Shown: positions 10,359 through 21,175 of the stretch, one piece after another | Layout of the letters: the number at the start of each line of letters is the position of its first letter | Numbering within the stretch: the first letter of the stretch is position 1 | From: Candidatus Latescibacterota bacterium | GTDB lineage: Bacteria > Latescibacterota > UBA2968 > SICM01 | Reading direction: 5' to 3' | NCBI GenBank assembly: GCA_965217865.1 | Contig: CBDCJO010000001.1 | Location: 448,001-512,000, forward strand | Length of the DNA: 64,000 nucleotides | Notes under the pieces: model-generated | Told to the model about the DNA's origin: nothing | Database searches by the model: none | What the model saw: only the letters and a program-made list of their open reading frames with translations | Position numbers and translations under genes: made by a program

Positions 10359-10448
10359 CTGTTCTCCTTTCGGGATTCAGAAGCAGGATAGGGAGTACAG
10401 CCGGCGCGTCCCTATAATTTCCTTTTTGCATTTTGCATTTTGCATTTT

Positions 10449-11414
10449 TTATTTCCCTACCGCCTTCATCAACCCCTTCATATACCCCAGCGCATGGGCC
10501 ATGCCCCGATATCGATATCCGATATCGCCCTCGACAAACGGAGTGTGATCCGGAATCAAGACCCCGTCGAAACCCACCTCCTTATAAGCCCGAATCGCGG
10601 CGAGCATGTCCACATCCCTTTCGTCGATAAAGACTTCGTCGAATTTCGGCACGCTTCCTCGTGTGTTTCTAAAATGGACATAAAAAATCTTATTCATCCC
10701 CCCGAACTCCCGAATGACATCCAGGATTTGTTCCGGTCCCATCTCCGCAACCGTCCCCTGGCAGAACTCCAGTCCATTGCACGGGCTGCTTACGGTTTCG
10801 ATAAGCCTCGCCATATCCTTGGAGCTGGCCAAAAGCCTCCCGGCCCCACGCAACTCCTTCACAGGTGGATCATCGGAATGAGCGGCCAACTTGACCCCCA
10901 CCCGTTCCGCAACAGGCACGACCCGCTCCAGAAACCACCTCAGGCGAGTCCACATGTCCCTCCCGCTCACCTGCCCTGTCTCAATAATCGGGGCGTTTTT
11001 AACCAGATCATAGTCGAAACTCTTGATCCCCGCACCACCTCGACCACCTCCACTCTCATACAATCGCCAGTGGACATCCACACCTGGGATCCCGAAATAG
11101 TATCCCAGTATCGGGATTCCCGCCCGGCCCATGTTTTCGATCGACCGGCACACATTCCGAACCTGCACATCGCGACCCGGTTTCCCCATCAGGACCTTGT
11201 CCCAGTGATCCAGCGGCAGATTCTCGATCCCCCCGACGGTCATTCCATAGGACTCGACGAACTTTCTGACCCTCACCAGCTCTTCATACTCCAGAATGCC
11301 CCGTTCCCCCAGCCGGGGACCACAAACGATGATGTGTGTCACATCAAGCTGGCTGGCGAACCCAAGGCTCTCACCCGTCAACCGATCGAGGCCCAGACCA
11401 AGACCAAGTTTCAT
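10449..11414 (-). CDS. uxuA: Mannonate dehydratase (UxuA) family
   Basis: HSDDPP, NGLEFCQGT..EM, YVHFRN, PDHTP. Confidence 0.8.
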   Translation of the reverse strand: MKLGLGLGLDRLTGESLGFASQLDVTHIIVCGPRLGERGILEYEELVRVRKFVESYGMTVGGIENLPLDHWDKVLMGKPGRDVQVRNVCRSIENMGRAGIPILGYYFGIPGVDVHWRLYESGGGRGGAGIKSFDYDLVKNAPIIETGQVSGRDMWTRLRWFLERVVPVAERVGVKLAAHSDDPPVKELRGAGRLLASSKDMARLIETVSSPCNGLEFCQGTVAEMGPEQILDVIREFGGMNKIFYVHFRNTRGSVPKFDEVFIDERDVDMLAAIRAYKEVGFDGVLIPDHTPFVEGDIGYRYRGMAHALGYMKGLMKAVGK

Positions 11415-11491
11415 AGTTCTCCAGGGGCGGATGCTTCCGTGGCTGACTCCCTCAGCCCATCCCACCGGTTTCCCGCATCGACTCCACTTAA

Positions 11492-12307
11492 CTAACCGTC
11501 TTTTTCCCAGACCTTCGGAAAATGCTTCCCCTGCATCATCTCCCCATCTTCGACATCAACGAAGGTTTTCATGACGTGCTTCCCCCCCGCGACATACCGT
11601 GTCTCCTCCGTCATGTAGTGGATCGCGATCGCCCGCCGCGGTCGGTCGCTCTGGTTGACCTGGGACCCGTGCCAGGTCAGGGCGTGGTGGTAGTGCACCT
11701 CCCCCCTTCGGACCGGGCAAGGGACGATTTTGATTTCATGTCCCTCAAATTCAGATGGAATCTCCTCGAAATCCTTCAAAGAACTCAGGAAATTGATTCG
11801 ATCTCCCCACAGGTGCGATCCCGCAACCATGCTCATGCAGCAGTTGGTCTCATCCACATCATCAAGCGCCACCCACGCGCTGACCTGAGTCATTGGCTCT
11901 AAAATAGGCCAGAATGGAGCATCCTGGTGCCACATGTTCAACCCACCAAAGCCCGCGGGTTTATACTGGATCTGATCGTGCCATACGCGCAATTCGGACG
12001 CCCAGGTCAGCTGACCGACCTCCTCCACGATTTTGGACTCACTCAACAACACCTTGAAAGGCTCACTCACCTCCCATACATTCACAATCTGCCAGACGGG
12101 TCTTGCTTCATCGGTTCCCAAGTTTCGGAGCAGCACGGGCTGAGGAACATCCGGCCGCTGTTTTCCTTCAATCACCCGCTGGAGTCCCTCCCTTAATTTC
12201 TCCACCCGATCCATCCCCAGGCAAGGACCGGCGTTGAGAAAACCCATTTTGTGAAATTCCGCTACCTCTTTTCCTCTGAGCATTAATCCTTCACTCTCTC
12301 CTTGCAT
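11492..12307 (-). CDS. PhyH family dioxygenase
   Basis: WHQD, WHGS, RPRRAIAIHY. Confidence 0.9.
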   Translation of the reverse strand: MQGESEGLMLRGKEVAEFHKMGFLNAGPCLGMDRVEKLREGLQRVIEGKQRPDVPQPVLLRNLGTDEARPVWQIVNVWEVSEPFKVLLSESKIVEEVGQLTWASELRVWHDQIQYKPAGFGGLNMWHQDAPFWPILEPMTQVSAWVALDDVDETNCCMSMVAGSHLWGDRINFLSSLKDFEEIPSEFEGHEIKIVPCPVRRGEVHYHHALTWHGSQVNQSDRPRRAIAIHYMTEETRYVAGGKHVMKTFVDVEDGEMMQGKHFPKVWEKDG

Positions 12308-12317
12308 TTACCTTCCG

Positions 12318-13346
12318 TTATTCCACCCAGTCCAGAATCACCTTTCCGGATTGTCCAGACTGCATAACCCTGAAGCCTTCCTCAAAAGATCGGTATGGAA
12401 ATCGGTGGGTGATGACGGGAGAGATGTCCAGACCCGTCTGGATCATGCTGGTCATCTTGTACCACGTCTCGTACATCTCCCGGCCGTAGATGCCTTTAAG
12501 CGTCAGGCCGTTAAAGATCACCTGGTTCCAGTCAATAACGGCTTCTGACTCCGGAATTCCCAAAAGTGCAACCTTTCCCCCGTGACACATGTTTTTCAGC
12601 ATGTCCTTGAAAGCGTTCGGGTTCCCGGACATCTCGAGCCCCACATCAAACCCCTCTTTCATGCCCAGTTCGCGGGCTACATCCTCGATCTTTTCACGGG
12701 ATACATCGAGGGCTCGGGTGGCCCCCATCGTTCGGGCCAGCTCAAGCCTGTCGGGATTGACATCCGTGATGACGATAAAGCGCGCCCCTGCGTGCTTGAC
12801 GATCGCAACGGCCATGATCCCGATGGGACCCGCACCCGTGATCAATACATCCTCTCCCAGCACATCGAACGACAGGGCGGAATGAACGGCGTTTCCCAGC
12901 GGATCAAAGCAGGTCAGGATATCCATGGGAATGTTCGGATCGCAATACCAGACGTTTGCGACAGGAATGCAGAGGAATTCCGCGAAAGTGCCGTCTCGAT
13001 CAACGCCCACCCCCCTCGTATTCATGCAGAGATGCCTTCTCCCCGCCAGGCAGTTCCGGCAGTGCCCGCAAACGATATGCCCCTCCCCACTGACAACGTC
13101 CCCTTTCCTGAAATCGTGAACATTGCTCCCCACCGCCTCGATGGTTCCGACGAACTCGTGGCCGATCACAAGGGGAAGGGAAATGGAATTCTGTGCCCAC
13201 GAATTCCAGTCATAGATATGTACGTCCGTCCCGCAAATCGAGGTTTTATGGATCCGTATCAGGACATCGTTTAGGCCCACGTCCGGAACAGGCACTTCGT
13301 CAAGGATTAAGCCGGGCCGGGGATTTTTCTTGACAATGGCTTTCAT
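12318..13346 (-). CDS. tdh: L-threonine 3-dehydrogenase
   Basis: [19 protein letters not shown], Zn-binding Cys4, [22 protein letters not shown]. Confidence 0.95.
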   Translation of the reverse strand: MKAIVKKNPRPGLILDEVPVPDVGLNDVLIRIHKTSICGTDVHIYDWNSWAQNSISLPLVIGHEFVGTIEAVGSNVHDFRKGDVVSGEGHIVCGHCRNCLAGRRHLCMNTRGVGVDRDGTFAEFLCIPVANVWYCDPNIPMDILTCFDPLGNAVHSALSFDVLGEDVLITGAGPIGIMAVAIVKHAGARFIVITDVNPDRLELARTMGATRALDVSREKIEDVARELGMKEGFDVGLEMSGNPNAFKDMLKNMCHGGKVALLGIPESEAVIDWNQVIFNGLTLKGIYGREMYETWYKMTSMIQTGLDISPVITHRFPYRSFEEGFRVMQSGQSGKVILDWVE

Positions 13347-13482
13347 TTTCTCAATTTAGGCTCTTAAGGGCTTAAAGGACAAAGAGTAGTGACTCAGGGG
13401 GGGGTAATATGCACCGCTCTTTATCCTGTGTCAACCGCATAAAAATGCAGCCAAGTACCCGAAACCACCTTCCTGTTTTTTT

Positions 13483-14355
13483 TTACGAACTCCTTTCCTG
13501 CTGAATTTTTCCAAAAGTCGTTTGCTCCAGCCGGCTTTGAACCTCATAGATGGTTCCCGTTCGTTTATGTCTGGGAAGCGAGATGCGCGCCGGCACCTTC
13601 TCGACCCGGATCTCATTCGTGAGCTCGCCTCGGAGGACGGTCTCCCCGAACGACTCCCAGTCCCCCCCCATCAAAGGCCAGGCATCGAGCGCACCGTGTG
13701 TGAAAAGCAGGAGACGCCGCGGACGGCCCGAGGCGCTCGGAAGGGAGCCGTGGAGCGTTCGTACGTGGTGAATCGAGAGACCGCCCGCCTGGACCTCCAC
13801 CGGAACCGCGGTTGAATCGTCGAAATCCGGTTCCGCGACCGCGCCGACGAAGTACCCGTCCTGATGGTGATCGTAGAGCCGGTCCCGATGCGATCCGGGT
13901 ATCACCTGAAGACAGCCGTTGGTGGCGTCCATGTCGTCGATGGCCACGCCGACGGTCAGAAGATCGTCATTGGTATGCGGGAAGAAGGCCCAGTCCTGGT
14001 GCCACTCGACCTGACTGGCCCGATCCTCAGATTTCATGTTGAGTTTCCCCCCCCGGAGACGCAATCCCGGGCCGATGAGTTGGTCTACGATGTCCAGGAC
14101 ACCCTCGTGTCGAAGGGTCCGGTCGTAGACCGAGTGGTGTTTCCACGGTGCATTGATCCGGCGAACCTGCGGCCTATCCGCTGTGTGATCCGGACCCAGA
14201 TCGAATATCTCCCCCCCTTTGATCAGGAGGCGGGATCTTTCGATGAATTCGTCCGTGACCCTCCTCAGGTCATCCACGTCATCCTCGGAGAGGACATCTT
14301 CGACCGCGACATATCCGTTTTGACGGTAAAACGTGATCTGTTCATCATTCAGCAT
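13483..14355 (-). CDS. PhyH family dioxygenase
   Basis: KLNMK, WHQDWAFFPHTNDD, HGS. Confidence 0.9.
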   Translation of the reverse strand: MLNDEQITFYRQNGYVAVEDVLSEDDVDDLRRVTDEFIERSRLLIKGGEIFDLGPDHTADRPQVRRINAPWKHHSVYDRTLRHEGVLDIVDQLIGPGLRLRGGKLNMKSEDRASQVEWHQDWAFFPHTNDDLLTVGVAIDDMDATNGCLQVIPGSHRDRLYDHHQDGYFVGAVAEPDFDDSTAVPVEVQAGGLSIHHVRTLHGSLPSASGRPRRLLLFTHGALDAWPLMGGDWESFGETVLRGELTNEIRVEKVPARISLPRHKRTGTIYEVQSRLEQTTFGKIQQERSS

Positions 14356-14421
14356 GGCGAACCTCCTTAACCCCCCTCGAATTCCCCTGGTTCCTCGTTT
14401 GAAGGCATGGATAGGGGAGGG

Positions 14422-15378
14422 CTAGTATCCCCCTCTTTTATCACACACAAACTTGAGCGTTTCGCCCGTCAGATATCGCTGTAAGTTCTCCTTGAAGATC
14501 TCCGTCCGGCGATCCCAAATATTCTCCGAATCCGCACATGTGTGGGGGGAAATCAGCACGTTCCGTGCATCCCACAACGGATCGCCGGCCGGAAGCGGCT
14601 CTTCGGCCATGACATCAAGCCCTGCACCTGCGATCTTCCCGGAACGTAAGGCTTCGATCAGCGCCCCTTCTTCAACAATCCCACCTCTGGATACAACGAT
14701 CAGGTGCGCCCCGGGTTTGAAGCGTTCGATCCGGCCCCGGTCGATCATTCCGCGGGTCGCCTCCGTGAGCGGCGCTGTGACCACAAGCCAGTCGGAAACC
14801 TCGATCAGGTCGTCCAGTTTTTCCATCCCCCAGACCTCCCGCACCCCCGAAGGTGGAGTCATGGGCCGTATATCCACAGCATAGACGTTCATGTCGAATC
14901 CCTGAGCACGCTTTGCCACAGCGGAACCGATATCCCCGAGGGCCACAATCCCCATCGTCGTGCCGGGGAGCTCGATCATTCGGCGATGGTACTTCTCGGG
15001 ATTCCATAGGTGAGTCCGCTGATCCTCGATCAATTCGGGGACACGATGCGCGAAGGCCAGGATCATCGCGAAGACGTGGTCCGCCATCGGGATCACGTGT
15101 GTTTCCCGCGAGTTGGTCATGACGACATCGCTCTCGATGATCTCGGGGATTTTTGTCAGCACCATGTCGAAACCGATCCCGATGAACTGGAACCACCGAA
15201 GGCTCCTGGACACCAGGAACAAATCCCGGTTGAGAAGACCGAATATGACCTCTGCATCCGGCGCCTCCCGAAGCTGTTCTTCTGTCGTGTAGGCCGCTTG
15301 AAAATCCTGATCGGGAAAGGCCTTACGTATCTCTTTAAGAAAGGCATCTCCCAAATCGAAAGTGATTAAAATTTTCAT
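14422..15378 (-). CDS. D-2-hydroxyacid dehydrogenase
   Basis: ALGDIG, SRGG, LDVMAEEP, SPH. Confidence 0.88.
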   Translation of the reverse strand: MKILITFDLGDAFLKEIRKAFPDQDFQAAYTTEEQLREAPDAEVIFGLLNRDLFLVSRSLRWFQFIGIGFDMVLTKIPEIIESDVVMTNSRETHVIPMADHVFAMILAFAHRVPELIEDQRTHLWNPEKYHRRMIELPGTTMGIVALGDIGSAVAKRAQGFDMNVYAVDIRPMTPPSGVREVWGMEKLDDLIEVSDWLVVTAPLTEATRGMIDRGRIERFKPGAHLIVVSRGGIVEEGALIEALRSGKIAGAGLDVMAEEPLPAGDPLWDARNVLISPHTCADSENIWDRRTEIFKENLQRYLTGETLKFVCDKRGGY

Positions 15379-15461
15379 GATGGTCTCCGTATAGGCTGTT
15401 CGAAACCGAATCGGGTGTGGGCATTTATCGTTCCCGCCTCTTCAACACAACCCCGATAGGG

Positions 15462-16391
15462 TCAGTCTTGTTCGACTGGGGGCGCCTCTAATCCCCATTC
15501 GCGACGGAAATCCTTCAGCATTTCCAATACCTGGCGCAGATGTTCATCACTCTCATCATCGATCTTACCGAACGGCGGACGACACCCTCCGGCGTCGATA
15601 CCTATCAGCGCGAAGCAGCGTTTGATGCTCTGGTAGGCTCCGAACCGGTAGAGTTGGCGTTGAACCCTGTTGATCCCGGACTGTAGTGCCCGCGCCTTCT
15701 CGATAGCCGAGTCCCGAAACGATCGGGTGATCAGGTTGTAAACATCGGCATACAGGTTATAGCTTGATCCAATGGCCCCGTCTGCGCCCATCGCCAATCC
15801 GCTCACGTAATACGCATCCCGGGCGTTCCACACCATCAGACGGCCCCCATCGACCTGTTTGAAGCGATTCAGCATGTCAAAGTCCTCTGAGGTGTGTTTG
15901 ATGCCTACGAAGTTCGGATGGGCTGCAAGGGATTCTACCATCTTATCATCCAGGGTTCGGCCGGAGAGGACCGGAATATTATAGATCGTCACCGGAAGAC
16001 GCGCCTGATCCAGGACGGAGAGATAATATCGTCTGACCTCTTCCGGGGTCACGGGAAAGTAGATCGGAGGCAGGGTCGAGACCGCGTCTGCACCGGACGA
16101 CTTTGCATGGTCGGAGAGGTCGTAGGCCACGCGGTATTCCATGTGGCTGATATTGGCGATTACCCCGGCACGTCCTCCGACCTCTTCCACAACCGTCTCC
16201 AAAATCTTTTTTCGCTCGCCCGGGGAGAGCGAAAAGCTTTCCCCGGTGGAACCGCAGACATAAAAACCGGCTACGCCGAGCGCTAGCTGGTATCGGACGA
16301 TCCGCCTCAGTTCGGGGTATTTGACTTCGTAGTCGGGATCGAAAGGCGTGATCAGCGCCGAAAGAATCCCGTCCATCTGCTGAACATCCAC
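15462..16391 (-). CDS. Dihydrodipicolinate synthase family / N-acetylneuraminate lyase-like aldolase
   Basis: CGSTGE, YNIP, GIKHTS Schiff-base Lys, GAIGSSYN. Confidence 0.85.
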   Translation of the reverse strand: MDVQQMDGILSALITPFDPDYEVKYPELRRIVRYQLALGVAGFYVCGSTGESFSLSPGERKKILETVVEEVGGRAGVIANISHMEYRVAYDLSDHAKSSGADAVSTLPPIYFPVTPEEVRRYYLSVLDQARLPVTIYNIPVLSGRTLDDKMVESLAAHPNFVGIKHTSEDFDMLNRFKQVDGGRLMVWNARDAYYVSGLAMGADGAIGSSYNLYADVYNLITRSFRDSAIEKARALQSGINRVQRQLYRFGAYQSIKRCFALIGIDAGGCRPPFGKIDDESDEHLRQVLEMLKDFRREWGLEAPPVEQD

Positions 16392-16501
16392 GTTCGACGA
16401 CTCCTATGTGATCTGCAAAATATCGCGATATAAGGTTGCCGTGCGGACTCGGAGATCTCGAAAGGTTCGAACGTTCCCTGGGGCCACAAGGACCCCAGAC
16501 G

Positions 16502-16873
16502 TCAACCCTCCGGGAACTCGGCAACGAACCCCGCCTCCACGAGCATGCCCTTCTGGAGATCGACGCCATAAGCACGTCGGTTGGGGGGATGCGAACCGAA
16601 ATATTCCTTGTATACCGCGTTGACCTCCGCAATATCCCGATTGACATTCTCAAGGTAGAGCCGAACTGAGCAGATCGCGGTCTTGTCCAGGCCGACCTCT
16701 GCAAGAATTCCGTCCAGCTGCCGGAAAATCTCACGCAATTCGGCCCCGGGACCACCCTCCACGGGCTTATCTCCGCCTTCCGGCATGCCTGTCAATACCG
16801 ATTCCAGCATTTTACCCTGATGCACGACTGCGGAGCTGAAAGGAAAACCCTCCTTGGTCTTGATAAATTGCAT
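16502..16873 (-). CDS. RidA/YjgF family protein
   Basis: N.VY.EYF...PPNR, LVE. Confidence 0.8.
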   Translation of the reverse strand: MQFIKTKEGFPFSSAVVHQGKMLESVLTGMPEGGDKPVEGGPGAELREIFRQLDGILAEVGLDKTAICSVRLYLENVNRDIAEVNAVYKEYFGSHPPNRRAYGVDLQKGMLVEAGFVAEFPEG

Positions 16874-16899
16874 GACAGCCTCTCCTCTTGGTTAAGGGT

Positions 16900-17934
16900 T
16901 CAACCGATCGTTCGCTTTATGACCTTGACGAAATTCATGACGTCCTCTTCTGTCGTGTCGAACGACGCCATCCACCTGGCGATCCGTTCCTCCTCGTTAA
17001 GGACGTGGAAAAAAAACGCGTCCTGCAACCGAGGGATGACTTCTTGGGGCAACTGAACGAAAACAGCATTGGCGTCCACCTTCTGCGTGATTCTGATCTC
17101 GGGAACATCCGCGATCTGGTCGGCGAGGAGGCGTGCCATCCGGTTGGCGTGCAGGGCATTCCGCAGCCAGAGATCGTTCGAAAGAAAGGCTTCGAACTGC
17201 GCGCTCAAAAATCGCATTTTTGACGCCAACTGCAATCCCTGTTTCTGGATATACGGAAAATCCCTAGCCATCGCTTTGTCAAAAACCACAATTGCTTCTC
17301 CCAGCATCATCCCCGATTTTGTCCCCCCGAAGGAGAGCAAATCCACACCGACATCCGAGGTGATTTCCCGGAGTCCCATGCCGAGCGCAGCGGCCGCGTT
17401 GGCCAGGCGAGCCCCGTCCATATGAAGGAGCATCCCACCCCGATGGACAAATTCCGCGATCGGCCGGATCTCATCCTGTGAGTAGACCGTCCCCTGCTCC
17501 GTGGTCTGGGCTATAGAGACGACCTTGGGTTGTACCTGGTGGGGATTCCCGAATCCACTGGCTTTGACGCGAATGGATTCCACGCTCAGCTTCCCGTCGT
17601 CAGACGGTACCGGGAGAAGCCTGCAGCCGGCGAAAACCTCCGGCGCGGTGGACTCGTCTATGACTAGATGTGAGGTCTCGGCACAGATAACCGCGTTATA
17701 GGATCTGGTGATTCCGGCCAGGCTCAGGACATTGGCAGCCGTACCGTTGAACACAAAGAAGACAGCAGCCTCATTCCCGAAGTGTTCACGAAATTTTTTA
17801 ATCGCAGCCAGCGTGTAGGGATCCTCCCCGTAAGCATGCACGTGTCCCACGTTCGCTGCGCATATGGCATTGAGGATCTCCGGATGAATCCCGGCATGGT
17901 TATCGCTTGCGAATCCTCTTGGATTTTTATCCAT
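16900..17934 (-). CDS. ltaE: Low-specificity L-threonine aldolase
   Basis: FASDN, NGTAAN, HMDGARLANA, FGGTK (PLP Lys), LASKMRF. Confidence 0.92.
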   Translation of the reverse strand: MDKNPRGFASDNHAGIHPEILNAICAANVGHVHAYGEDPYTLAAIKKFREHFGNEAAVFFVFNGTAANVLSLAGITRSYNAVICAETSHLVIDESTAPEVFAGCRLLPVPSDDGKLSVESIRVKASGFGNPHQVQPKVVSIAQTTEQGTVYSQDEIRPIAEFVHRGGMLLHMDGARLANAAAALGMGLREITSDVGVDLLSFGGTKSGMMLGEAIVVFDKAMARDFPYIQKQGLQLASKMRFLSAQFEAFLSNDLWLRNALHANRMARLLADQIADVPEIRITQKVDANAVFVQLPQEVIPRLQDAFFFHVLNEEERIARWMASFDTTEEDVMNFVKVIKRTIG

Positions 17935-17944
17935 ATCCTTGGGC

Positions 17945-19696
17945 CTAATAAAAATTGTATCCCATCGTCACGGTCCATTCGTGTTCCTTTTTCCGGACCC
18001 CATCCGTCTTGAACGCCAGACGTCGATAACCCGCTTCCAGGAATAGATCCAGAACCGGTTCGACGGTCGCCTTCATACCGAATCGCGTGCGCCGTTCCTG
18101 GATCCCGGCGAGGAAACGTTTTGAGCTGACGTCGTCCCCCGGCCGCTGGCCCAGGTCCCGGTCGCCGCCTACATTCTGGATGGTCCCGTCAGGATTCACG
18201 GGATTTGCCCCGTGTCGTTCTCGTGAGGCGGACATTGTGAACGACACGGACGGGGTAATTCGGTGGACGATATCGCCATATATCCCGTCGGAGTTGGGGC
18301 CCAGCGGATGTCCTAATAGCCCCCCGTAGTGCTGGTAACGGTTGATGTTGAAAAGATGGGTATAGACCCAGGGTTCGATATGGACGAACTCCAGCCTGAT
18401 CTCAGAGTCCCGCAACCCTCCTGGGTCTACCCATAAGAATCCGGCCTGGCCGGCAAACTTGTTGCTGAACGCACCGGGGCCGCCGAACTTGGTGAGATCG
18501 TCCAGGAACAGGGATCCATGAAACTTAAGATTTCTGATCACATTCGCGTCTACATCCAGGCCAAGAGCCACGTTGTCCTTGTCTCCCAAAAAACTTTGGG
18601 CCGCAAACAGGAATGTGGCCGGTATGGCATACGCAAACTCAACGCGGCGGTCCCCATAGATGACGATTTCCTGGAGACCCACCGTAATCCGTTGGCTGAC
18701 CCCCAACTCTACACGGTGCGCCGAGAAATATTTCCTGCGGTCAAATGTCCTCAGGAAACCGTTGTCCAAGATCGTCCGGGTGGTGTCGATCAGGCCCGAC
18801 CGCAGAAATCCCAGCAGATGAACGAACTTCACCCTTCCGTATCGGGCCCTGAGCTTTGCGAAGGGATAGGATGGTGCATTGTTCGACAGGAACAGGCTGG
18901 AGGCGGAAGCCGGCCCCCATGATTCAAAATTCTTTCCCACCTCCACGTCGAACCATCGGGTTCCCAAGACCATCTGGGCGGTGGACTCCCTGAAGTCCCC
19001 GGTTTTCCCCTTTGCCTCCAAAAACTCCACCCGCCTGTCGACGATGTCGGCGCGGGATCGGATCACACGGTTTCCGTTCTGTCTGGCTTCCCAGTGGCGC
19101 AGGCGGAACCCGACGATTCCCCCAATCCCACCCTCAACAATCCCCCCCACGTGGGTCAAAGATGCCCGGTTTCCACCGGACGAGATGAAACCCTGCCGTA
19201 CAAGCAGATCGAGAAAAAGATTTCCGTTCTCGACATCCCAGCAGGCCAGGTGCCCCCCCTTCACGATCCGTCCCAAAATCGTTCCGGGCTCCGGCTTAAC
19301 GTCTATTCCCAGGGTCCTCAGTTCAGTTGCAAACTCGACCTTCAACCGATCGATCAGTCCTGACTCCACCACCGTAAGGCCCTCGGCTTTTTCAGATCGA
19401 TCTATAATTCCTTTAAGGGCCTCCGCAACCTCATTGCGGGAGACAGGCCGAGTACCTTTTCCCCAGGACCCCAGCCAACCTTTCGCTTCGAACCGGTCGA
19501 TCAGGCGGTAAACGGGATGATCCAGAGGCACTCCAACGGTGGGATCGGCCACAGAGGCAAAAGGACAGGATATAACCGTGAGGATAATGATCCTCGTGTG
19601 TCTCAGGAATTTTTTGATCGGGCGTGTACCATCCGTCTCGTCCGGACCGGTTGCCAAACGGGGCCCGGCCGGCCGTTTCATGGCATCTACAAGCAC
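17945..19696 (-). CDS. Capsule assembly Wzi-like outer-membrane beta-barrel protein (start uncertain)
   Basis: WGP...SLFLSNNAP, SAHRVE, LGHPLGPNSD, aromatic C-terminus. Confidence 0.7.
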   Translation of the reverse strand: MLVDAMKRPAGPRLATGPDETDGTRPIKKFLRHTRIIILTVISCPFASVADPTVGVPLDHPVYRLIDRFEAKGWLGSWGKGTRPVSRNEVAEALKGIIDRSEKAEGLTVVESGLIDRLKVEFATELRTLGIDVKPEPGTILGRIVKGGHLACWDVENGNLFLDLLVRQGFISSGGNRASLTHVGGIVEGGIGGIVGFRLRHWEARQNGNRVIRSRADIVDRRVEFLEAKGKTGDFRESTAQMVLGTRWFDVEVGKNFESWGPASASSLFLSNNAPSYPFAKLRARYGRVKFVHLLGFLRSGLIDTTRTILDNGFLRTFDRRKYFSAHRVELGVSQRITVGLQEIVIYGDRRVEFAYAIPATFLFAAQSFLGDKDNVALGLDVDANVIRNLKFHGSLFLDDLTKFGGPGAFSNKFAGQAGFLWVDPGGLRDSEIRLEFVHIEPWVYTHLFNINRYQHYGGLLGHPLGPNSDGIYGDIVHRITPSVSFTMSASRERHGANPVNPDGTIQNVGGDRDLGQRPGDDVSSKRFLAGIQERRTRFGMKATVEPVLDLFLEAGYRRLAFKTDGVRKKEHEWTVTMGYNFY

Positions 19697-19870
19697 GAAG
19701 CCTTCTGGTTGGCACCGGGGGGTTTACAAAATACGGAATAGAATCCGCGTGGAAACCAAAAATAGGAAGACGTATATTTCGGCGGTCTCGCGAATTTCAT
19801 CCTCTGGAGGGTCTTCCATTATCCTGGCAATATGGGAGAATGCCTTAGCCAAGTCAAGGCTGAAAATCCC

Positions 19871-19900
19871 TTGACATCTCCTATCTGTTTTTATTAGAAT
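19871..19900 (+). promoter_or_regulatory. sigma70-like promoter
   Basis: TTGACA-N18-TAGAAT upstream of the 20015 CDS. Confidence 0.55.
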
Positions 19901-20014
19901 GGCCTACAGACGGTAATCTCTAAAGATCTCAGGTTCGGTCATCCTGATTGTCAGTTTTGGTACGGCTGGATCATTCGTGAGTGAACCACTTTAAATCGGG
20001 GGAGGAAACTTCAC

Positions 20015-21175
20015 ATGGAGACGAAGGAATTTCTCCTTGCTGCTGGACCTCACGACCGGTCCCATTGTCCGGTATCTGTATCGCTTGGGGACTCGGGTGT
20101 TTACGACCGGGCGTCATTGAAGGAGGTGGGATCCGATGCCACACTTCCAAGTCAGGTTCTGAATCGTGACGGTCAAACATGGCTCTACTGGATCCTGGAC
20201 GAACTCAGGGCGGGTCAGGAGAAGAGATACGAGATCACCCTTGGGGTAGCGGATACGGGACACGATGGAGGGGTCGAATTGCAGGAGGCTTCCGGCAATG
20301 AAATCCGGGTGACCCGTGGTGGCGAGTTGGTCACGGCTTATCGCTACGGTCCGGATCTGGCAAGGCCTCACCTCTATCCCTTGATCGGTCCCTTTGGAGA
20401 GGGTATCACCCGTCGATTGGCCGGTCCGGACGACAAAGATATGGATCATCCCCATCACAGATCCGTATGGATCGCCCACGGGGAGGTCAATGGGCTCAAC
20501 AACTGGGCGGAGACCCCGGGCCACGGCCGGACGAAGCATACCGGATTTGAAGCGCTTGAAAGCGGACCTGTCCTGGGTCGCATCGTTTCCAAAGGGGACT
20601 GGGTGGGCCCTGAAGGTTGGGTTTGTCCCACGTCTGCGGGAAAGATTTTAGAAGAAAAATCCGAATGGATATTTTACGACACCCCGACGCCCGTGATCGA
20701 TCTCCGCCTCACACTAAAGGCCATCGACATGGACGTACTTTTCGCGGACACGAAAGAAGGCGGTCTGGCTTCCGTACGCGTCGAGGAGTCCATGGAAGGA
20801 CGCAACGGAGGAAAGATCGAGAATGCGCATGGAGGCATCGGTGAGGAAGAGACATGGGGGAAACCGGCTCACTGGTGCGATTATTCGGGACCCATCAACG
20901 GAAAAATTGTCGGAATCACCATAATGGACGGTCCGGATAGTTTCCGGCACCCCACACCCTGGCACGTCAGGGACTATGGCCTGATGACGGCCAACCCCTT
21001 CGGCCTCTCCCATTATACCCGGGACATTTCCAAAAGGGCCTATCACGTCCTGAAACCAAAAGAAGGGCTCAATGCCTTTTATCGATTCTATGTCCACGCC
21101 GGGGATGCCCCTGAAGGCCGGGTCCATGAACGATACCACGACTTTGCCAACCCCCCGAAGGTGAAGTCGACTTGA
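20015..21175 (+). CDS. DUF6807/'PmoA-family' carbohydrate-related protein
   Basis: RPHLYPL, DHPHHRS.W..HG.VNG, DTKEGG, WHVRDYGLMTANPFG. Confidence 0.8.
   Translation: METKEFLLAAGPHDRSHCPVSVSLGDSGVYDRASLKEVGSDATLPSQVLNRDGQTWLYWILDELRAGQEKRYEITLGVADTGHDGGVELQEASGNEIRVTRGGELVTAYRYGPDLARPHLYPLIGPFGEGITRRLAGPDDKDMDHPHHRSVWIAHGEVNGLNNWAETPGHGRTKHTGFEALESGPVLGRIVSKGDWVGPEGWVCPTSAGKILEEKSEWIFYDTPTPVIDLRLTLKAIDMDVLFADTKEGGLASVRVEESMEGRNGGKIENAHGGIGEEETWGKPAHWCDYSGPINGKIVGITIMDGPDSFRHPTPWHVRDYGLMTANPFGLSHYTRDISKRAYHVLKPKEGLNAFYRFYVHAGDAPEGRVHERYHDFANPPKVKST

Noticed and set aside
20015-21175. Methane monooxygenase (from the 'PmoA family' label)
   Set aside because: It is a soluble protein without TM helices or pmoBC neighbours; the family name is misleading.
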